Assembly: GCA_904063045.1 (NCBI GenBank)
Contig: CAJFCJ010000028.1
Span: forward strand, 811,230-875,229
Origin: Dimorphilus gyrociliatus
Taxonomy: Eukaryota > Animalia > Annelida
Reading direction: 5' to 3'
DNA length: 64,000 nt
The translations under genes were made by a program, and so were the position numbers. Under the pieces are notes generated by a model. It was not told where the DNA came from and did not search any database. It saw only the letters and a program-made list of their open reading frames with translations. This document shows positions 55,601-64,000 of this stretch, in pieces; position 1 is the first letter of the stretch; every line of letters starts with the position of its first letter.

Positions 55601-56345
55601 TAAGAGCCCTATTTTTTCGTCAAATGACCATTGGATTCTGCATAGTAACAGCAAAATTGACTTGTCAAGCAATACGAGTTTGAGATCGTTGATTTTTTTA
55701 TCACTTATTGTATATTATTTATGTTTACTAAAACAAGATTCTAAAAGATTACGCAATCAACGTTGCTGATAGATAACTAAACACCAAATTGTAGTTATGA
55801 AGTTATAATTAGTCTACTTTAAAGCTTATTTTAAAGCAAAGGGTTGATTTGGAACAAAGAATGTTATAAGATCCCACGGGAACAAACTTCATATAGAATT
55901 TGTTACAAAAGAAGAAGAGCGCGCGAAGTATTTTATATAGACGCCAAGTTGCACGTGCAGTATGAACGCACAGAATGTAACAATAGGAACAAATATATAT
56001 CTATATATATATATAGAACAGATTCTTCACGCAATCTATCATGAGCAAGTACCCAACTATTACATTTCTAGGATTTGTTAAATGCATAAATAAGTGAATA
56101 AACATTATAAATATTTATAAATTAATATACATTTAAAGTATATAGATATTAATATTTTTATTAGCATTTATCATGTAAAACGACAGTGTTGAAAAGCTCT
56201 AATATAGAAACGCTACCAATTTGACATCGGATTTATTAATGTTGAATGGATCAAAAATATCGCTGTAGGTAATAGTACCGACAAATATAACCCTGTAGCA
56301 AATCTTTAACAAAATTGATGCCCCCTACGCGTATACTCTATATGG

Positions 56346-56368
56346 TATATATATATATATATATATAT
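56346..56368. repeat. (TA)n microsatellite
   Basis: TA run directly visible. Confidence 0.9.
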
Positions 56369-57377
56369 AAATGAAAAAAGGCAAACGAGAGCAAGAGAAA
56401 AAATACACCACGTGACCAAGAGAAATGACAAGCCTAGTCATCGGCCGCATTACCTAGCTCGATATAAAGTGGAGTTTGAGTGATAACAGTCACTATCCAT
56501 CACTCTCGTGCAATTACCAACATGCTGCCCGACTAGCCACTCATAAATCTCTCAAGCTTTGTTTGGGCTGTTTGATGGATGACGGCGGCAACAAAAGCCG
56601 CTTTGACAGCTGATTGACACGGGGATATGAAATTCTTGATAGATGTCTCTCCAGATGCGTGTAACACCACTAAGGCAACGCGCTGCAGAGAACCCTATTA
56701 TCCCAATATAGATACTTTCGAAAGAATTTTTATATCCAAAACTCTAATTTATCAATGAAAATGTGTAAATATACATTGTTTACTAAATATTCAGGAATAC
56801 AGTAGACATTTTAATATATACAGAATATATATATATATATATTTATATACTAATATATATGTATGTATATGGCTATTTTTTAGCAATTAATCTCTCTTTC
56901 TTCCTTTCCTATTCTTCACAAAGATTTATATCAACTATTTCACACGTAGCAAAGAAAACATATCCTTATTAGAATAACACGAAAATCATAAATATAACAT
57001 TATGAAACATATCCTCTAATAACTGAATAATAATAATTTACATGCCTAATCGTTGAAAGGAACCACCGATTAAATCTATATCGCTTGTTTTAGTCTTATA
57101 ATCTTCTTTTCAACTACATAACTACAAGCTCATATATTATAACGGGCTTTGACAGCGTAAACAGGCATCGAAAAATTTTTCTACTCAACTTACATTTAAC
57201 TTTCTTAGGAGCTTGCTGTTTTCTTCTTGTCATTAGGATATCATATCAATAAATGGTAAACAAACACAAAAGTCCGAGTTTCTTAAGATGTCAATTGTAT
57301 ATAAACAAGTTTTTAATTTGCTCAATTAACTTTTGATTCCCGTTGTACGCGCGCTCTCTAGTCTTCGTAACGACTGA

Positions 57378-57424
57378 CGGAAGCAGACCGGGTTTCTTTT
57401 TTTCTCGCCGTTGGCGCATGCGCA
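57378..57424. promoter_or_regulatory. ZNF407 proximal promoter: NRF1/Ewg-type palindrome plus ETS core
   Basis: GCGCATGCGCA at 57414-57424 and CGGAAG at 57378-57383 in a CpG-rich patch about 210-250 nt upstream of the ATG. Confidence 0.55.
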
Positions 57425-57630
57425 TTGTTAATATGTCTTGCTATATCGTTCACTACTTGGATATTTCTATTTTATGATTTGCATTAGTTAGCAAAATTGC
57501 CATCACCTGATGCTTATAAATAATTTACGTATTTATACATAAATTAGTTTATTATTTTAAGTAGCAAATTGTCATGGATTAGAAAAACCTTAAAAATGAT
57601 TGTACTTTCGTGAAGTTCGCTAAATTCGTT

Positions 57631-60600
57631 ATGGAAGACGAGTACGATGTGCATCTTTGTCTTGTTTGTAAGCAGTCTATTACTGGTTTAGAAGAATATA
57701 TCAAACATAAAAGAGAAGAATGTGTTAAACCAAAGGAAACGGATCAAAATACAATTGATTTTCTGTCCTCCCTGAATCTTCAGCAAAACTTGAAGAAATT
57801 GGATCCGTTGGATTATGATAAACTTATCCAAAGTGTTGTGGAAGATGTAGAAGTCTTTGATACACCTAAGCGTACAGGAATTGGTAAGAAGATTTACGAA
57901 GATGAAATAGAAGAATCGATGTAAGTTCATCATCCAAATATAATGCTCCTTCAGATAAAAGTAAAGTCCTCTTTAAACTATAGAATATTCATCTTAAGGC
58001 TTATATAAGTGTCATTTCTATCACCGTAAGGGAAATTGTGTTCCATTTCTAACAATAAAGAACAGCGATGTACTAATCTGAACTTGTAGCATCCTTTCTC
58101 CTCAATAAAAATTATATTTTTTTATCTATTTCTTCATTTGGTGTATTCTTTAAAAGCTAATCATAAAGAAGTGCTATGAAAGATGTTGAGGAAAGGCAGG
58201 GAATAGTTAAATAGTTTCATTACTTGTTAAATAGTCTTATTTTTACATACAAATTAGATTATTTACTGTATTAAAACTTCTAATTGATTAATTAAATATT
58301 AAAGCGAACACTATTTTAATTTTATTATAGTAATGAAACTCCTGCATATGCTGGCGGTAAAGGAAAAAGTATATATATGTGTCATACAAGGAATCCAGAA
58401 AATCTAGGAAACTCTCTACCTCCCGAACCAACTAATAAATTGAGTAAAACAAACGCTGATAAAGCTCGACCAATATACCATTGTGGTACTTGTAGAAGGG
58501 ATTTACTGTCAAAGTTTTCGTACGATGCACATTGCAGAACTAGTTTACATAAAAAAAGACTCGCCAGTATGTCTTTCGACTGTGACGTCTGTCAAGTGAA
58601 ATTATCAAATAGATACACTTTTGAAAAGCACATGAAGAGCGCTATGCATTCGAAAAGAAAAAATTTTCTATTCAGCTGTAGAATTTGTTCATTTTGCACC
58701 GATAGTAAAGAAGATGTTGATGGACATTTGAAGGATGATGGGCACTTGAAGAGTGTGAGCGGAATTGAAATTATTTGCTCTTGCGGAAAATTAGTAGAAA
58801 AAGATCATTTTGAGGTAAAATTTCAATTATTATCCTTTAATTTTAATCCCTTTCTATAAGAATAACTTTTTTCTTAGAGATATTATAAACATAAATGATT
58901 TTCACAATCTTTCTAGACATTAAGTAGGATATGTTAATAGGTTGTAAAGTGCTTCTTCTTATTTGATTAGTATGGAGGCTTTATGAATATTTGAAGTAAA
59001 TTTGCTACTTATTTTTTAGGCGCATCACTCAGCCAATGAAAGTTGCATTCTCAGCGTAAAATCACCTACCAAACCGTCAACACTTAAACGCTTTTCCCAG
59101 CAGTCGAAAATCTGCACGGAATGCGGTTTAAAATGCCGATCGAATTTCGCATTAAATCTACACTACGTCCGAAAACATTCGGAGGATAAACGATTCAATT
59201 GTGCTAGCTGTAAATTATCCTTTTCTGATAAATATTCATTATTCTCACACGAAAATAGTAAAAAACATCATCGCTCCAAATCGACGAAACCTCGTAAATT
59301 GCAAAAACCTTTCGAAACTTACAGATGCAATCGCTGTGAATTTAAAGTAATTCCGAAGTGATAGTAAAGGAAGATAGGCCGAATAACGTAGAATCTTAAT
59401 CAGCTTTCACTTGCAATTTTTCTGTTTTAAACTAATTTCTAGTATTTCAGTCACGAATAGTTTATACGAAACTGAACGAAAATCATTAGATAAAACGTTT
59501 AAAACGATCATTGAAAAGTCGATAGAATCTTGGGTTGATATTATTTGATAAAGCTTTATCATTTACATAAATATCTAACAATAGTTTAGAGAGATAAATA
59601 TTACAAGAAATTTACTCAATTTGCTTCCTTCTCTGCCATTGCATTTTCTATTTTAAAATATTTTTATTTTATAAAAGAAGATTTTGTTAAATAATTGTAA
59701 ATATTTTATTGTATTTTTCTTTATCTAAACAATTGAGAAAGAAAAAGAAATATATTCTTTCCTCATTGTAATTTATGATACTTACTTCCCTTTAACATAA
59801 GTGTTTTAAAATAGGAAAGAAAAGGAGCAATAATGATAATTTCTTTGGAAAAAATACAGATATCTCATTTACTAGCAGTTTATTTTTACATATTATTTTT
59901 CATAATTTACAAGTTTTGTAGTTAAGGTAAAACTGTATTTTATTCCTAGAGAGGCTTGATCCCTAAGAAATTATTAATGATCTCATAAGAAGTTATAATA
60001 TGAGTAATAAGAAATTGAAGATTTATTGCTTTTCTAGTCATTTTATCTATGCTACTTTGATTTATTACCTTTGTTAGGAAATTTTTTTTTTCAAGTTTTT
60101 ATCTTCGTATAACTTCGGAAATACTTTTGCACATAAAAAATTAAACGTAGACTGAAAAATGCACAATTTTAAAAGACCATTACAAAAGGATCCATTCTAT
60201 TGACTTCTTATGCGAAATTTGTAAGGAGAGTTTCTTGGATGATCTGGATTTAAAGGCCCATAAGTCAACTTGTCACAATCCAGAAGCTAATGATACGAAC
60301 TTATGGGCTTGTACTAAATGCCAAGCTACTTTCGATAAAAGGGAACCGAGAGATGAACATATGAAAGAAAAGCACGGTATTTTCAGCAAAAGCGGAACAT
60401 TTAATTGTGGAAGATGCGGTTTAAAGTTTTTTACCGGATGTCTGCTCAGGAGGCACGTAAAGGTTATACCTTTAAATCTTACTTTAGTTATTTTACTATT
60501 TCGGATCTTACTTGTTGCACTAATATAATGTTTTTTAATAGATGAAACATACTCAAGATAGTAAGCAGTATATTTGTAAACATTGCTCAAAAGCTTTCCA

Positions 60601-61834
60601 TTTTAAATATCAACTAAGTCAGCACGAAAGAATTCATTCTGGTGATAAACCGTTTACGTGCTTCCATTGCGATTACAAGGCGAGAACTAACGATTTATTG
60701 ACGAAGCACGTGAATGGAGTGCACTTTAAGCAAAAACAATATCCGTGTAATTATTGTACGTTTAAGGCGAGTTCTGGTTCATCGTTAACTCAACATATGC
60801 GAATTCATTCAGCCAGTAAACCATATCAGGTATGATACTTCTCTTTTTACTTAAAAGTTCTGGGATCTATTCCTTCATCTCCTATTTTCCTAATTGCCTC
60901 TATGATTCAGAAATCTCATTTAGATTCTACTAGAGCTTGCGTATCTAATTATTGTTTCTCCCCTTCCATGAACCCATTTAATCATCTGACTATAAAACGG
61001 AAATAATTTCACGTAAATGCTTTTACGTATCAGTCTATTGTTCGTTCTGTCAATCCTTTTGAATGTTTTCATAATAGCATTTTTCTTACTTTCTGGAGAA
61101 AAATTCAGATGGAGTAGGGAAGGGTAGGTGGGTAAGGGGATGGTGTAATAAGACATGGGAAAGAAAGGAGATTGGGAGGGGAGAGTGAAAAGAAAGAGAA
61201 CATAACTACTAATAAAGGGTTGACCCGTTACGAAGATGCGTCTCTGAGAGTAATTACTTTAGGGAAAATATCTATTATAGATATGCATTTGATGAGTTTT
61301 TCGCTTTATGAACATGTCCACCTAGGCCCATTTCTCATTTCAAGAATCATCAGGGCGTCGGTAGCAGTCTTCCCGACGTATTTTCATTTTTTCTCTGTCA
61401 TTTCAATCTCTGAGAACTTTTTATAAGAAAATATTTTTTTATCATCTGTCAACGACTTATCACGAGTTTTTCCCTTGGAGTTAATACTGCTGCCATCTAT
61501 AGTTGAAATTTAACTAATTTGAATATTTTTTTGCCGTTTTTCTTTCAAGTGTCCCTACTGCGATTACAAGGCTCACGCCTTCAGCAATATACGTCTTCAT
61601 ATACTTAAAACAGCAAAACATGCAGGGCTTAAAGTTTATCCTTGCCCGTATTGTTCTAATTTTGCATCAAATTCTGCCAATGATTTTAAGAAGCATCTGG
61701 AAGAAGAACATAATAAAATTGGAGATTCAACATTATTGAGTGGACTATATCAACCTCAAATGGATATTACTGTACCCAGCGAAGGTTCTCTAATTCAACC
61801 AGTAAAAAACAGATATATTTACCTTCGTAAATGA
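57631..61834 (+). CDS. ZNF407: ZNF407-like multi-zinc-finger protein (6 exons, 661 aa, about 15 fingers)
   Basis: Exons 57631-57920, 58331-58814, 59020-59346, 60151-60462, 60542-60829, 61550-61834; phases 2/0/0/0/0 match. Terminal pair YQCPYCDYKAHAFSNIRLHILKTAKHAGLKVYPCPYC resembles the ZNF407 signature as recalled (YRCPWCDYRSNCAENIRKHILHTGKHEGVKMYNCPKC); U1/matrin-type fingers (H-x5-H) upstream. Confidence 0.8.
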
Positions 61835-63292
61835 TAAATAGGCATCTGTTTTCTTAAAAAGTTTCTTTTAAAAATTCCACGCATATTTTCAATGAAATAA
61901 GACAAAAGTCTTTATTATGTTTTCTTGTTTTTCTTTTTATTAATTTATAAGATATTGATAGTTTCTCTATCCTGTTTATTTTGATACTATGTGATGACGT
62001 GTTATATTAAGTTTGGTTATTGAATAAAATTCGTTCAAAATATAATAATGCTGCTTTGTTGATTTTATAATTTATAAACTCTACTTTTCTATAAATAAAT
62101 GTAAAAATTTAAATATAAACATAAATAATGAAACTGTTTGTTGGATGATGATGTGCGGTAGTGCCCTCTGTTGGAGTATCAAAATATAATAAACGTATAG
62201 TTCTTATATTATTGTTTCAAAATGTATTGTTAATTTTGTTAAAAAAGGGACAGGAACGTTAAAAATTCAAAACTGCTTAGAATTAATAAGCATCTGCAAA
62301 AATAACTTCTTTTTAGGTACTATTCATACTTTCTCTTTGGCTTAGATTAAGATGAGTAAGACACAGAAGGTCTGTAACTTTACAATAGATTTCATAGAAT
62401 TATTATAAATTAATCAAAAATACATTAATTAACTCTTTGTCCTTTATTACAATTAGAGGAAAGTGCTAAAGATTGTTTAAGGAAGACACAGGAAAAGTAA
62501 AGAAAGAGCTCTTTTTTTTCTATATTAATCAACTCTAATGAAGAAAGTAATTGTAAAGCAAATAAAACCCAATAAGTTGATCAGTCTATCTTTATGTCTA
62601 TCTCTTTCTCTTCTCCTTCCAAGTTCGATAAAGCGATTCAGTAACCAGGGTAAATTTTGTAAATAAAAAAGATTAACAATAAGAGATCTTACTGCTTTTG
62701 TATATTTTTTTCATTACGAAAGTATATTCTATCCTTCAGTAAATTGAAAGTAAATAAGATTTCTTTTGTTCAAAAGGTTAGAAAATCATAAAATAATTCA
62801 TTATTTATTAGATAATCATTTAGGATAAAAATTTATGAGTTCCTCGAACTCTTAGAGAGATAAGGCACAACACATTCTTTATCCAAGCTAAATATAAATT
62901 ACTATTACATCTAATTATGAATTTCTTCTGTATGATAAATTTCATCTGGCTGGTTGATGTCTTTCACGAAATGTTGTCATCTGGATTAATAGCTTATTAT
63001 TACTCTTTAAATCTATTTATTGCTTACTAAGAATGAAATTGAAGTGATACAATTATGAAATTCAAAACGATCTTCGTTTTTTTTATTTAATTATTGAATT
63101 AAATACATAAATAGTTTGTTATAGTAAACCAAGATGAGACCTTTACTATATTTATTCTTATTTTCTTTGTAGAAAAGCTTCTACAGATTATGCAGTATAT
63201 GATTCTTGTTCTTTTGGCTTATAACTCTTGTAGAAGACAATCGCATATAGAAACAGTTTTATCTCTTCCACATTGATTATATCTTATCGTAG

Positions 63293-63375
63293 ACATCTTT
63301 ACGAGGCCTATTACTAACGAAATGGTCGAGAGCAAATCAACGGATGCCCATCTTAGAGTAGGCAATGACAGAAAG
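63293..63375 (+). CDS. Possible isolated coding exon of a gene not resolved in this window
   Basis: Acceptor cttatcgtag| and donor AAG|gtaat flank an 83-nt open segment (IFTRPITNEMVESKSTDAHLRVGNDRK); no recognisable family and neighbouring exons uncertain. Confidence 0.25.
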
Positions 63376-64000
63376 GTAATATCGTACTTGGAATATCATA
63401 TTAACAAACCAACTTACTGATAAAGTAGTCGTAAGGAAATTGAAATGGTGACTTAAAGCGAATATTTCTTGTCTGTTAAACATAAACCTTCCTTTAGTCC
63501 ATACACTAATATATTTGCCTATTTTCTCTTGGTAATATCTACATATACTCTGTACATATTGTTAATGCACTATGCAAAAGAAACATTTCTACAGTATATA
63601 CAATATAGGAGTTGTATATAATGTTTACACTTGAAAGAGATGCATATCTTTGGAGATAATATGGGATGAAATCTTGAAAAAATAATAAAAAATATAAAAT
63701 GTAAAGAAAAGAAAGAATAAAAAATATAAAACAGCAAAAAAATAATAAACGAAAGAGGTATTATCACACCTCAAGTAAGATATATATTTAATTAATGTAT
63801 ACCGTGTTAGAGAGACAAGGCTAAAAGGTAAAAAAAGATTTAAAATAGACATTGTAAATTATAAAATACAAAATCCTTGACAATATTTCAGAGTTATTAT
63901 CTTTTTCTTCATTTGATTGTATATGGTTGACGATGTAATAATAAAAATAGAGAAACTTTTCAGAAGTATGAATATATTATATTCAAAGAATACCTCTTGT

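Noticed and set aside
47249-60590. ORFs 47249-47665, 57688-57933 and 60273-60590
   Set aside because: Antisense shadows of tsh and ZNF407 exons.
1-64000. Intact transposon, CRISPR array, rRNA or tRNA genes
   Set aside because: No transposase or reverse transcriptase ORF, terminal repeats, regularly spaced repeats or structural RNA signatures were seen.

Overview
AT-rich (roughly 30% GC by eye) animal genomic DNA with GT-AG introns; no prokaryotic, CRISPR, rRNA or tRNA signal seen. Gene content and compact gene models suggest a small-genome invertebrate, possibly an annelid such as Dimorphilus (inference only). Eight genes were assembled by hand with phase-consistent splice sites: an intronless PAN + C-type lectin; an intronless Frizzled-1/2/7; a 4-exon orphan coiled-coil protein with a C-terminal Cys/His zinc-binding motif; an SLC35F3/F4-type transporter; a 7-exon arylsulfatase-B-like gene (minus strand); a 4-exon three-finger C2H2 protein (minus); teashirt/tiptop (minus, first exon not located); and a compact 6-exon ZNF407 (plus). 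Most notable observations: (1) the orphan gene's stop codon lies only 6 nt, in frame, before the SLC35F ATG, suggesting a bicistronic, readthrough or overlapping arrangement; (2) the sulfatase has an intact ORF but STGSR replaces CxPxR and three further catalytic residues are substituted, i.e. a probable pseudoenzyme; (3) tsh and ZNF407 are neighbours, as TSHZ1 and ZNF407 are in human; (4) ten ATATA-CWG-TAT motifs resemble Tc1/mariner excision footprints; (5) CTCF-like and TALE-like motifs punctuate the gene-poor DNA around tsh.
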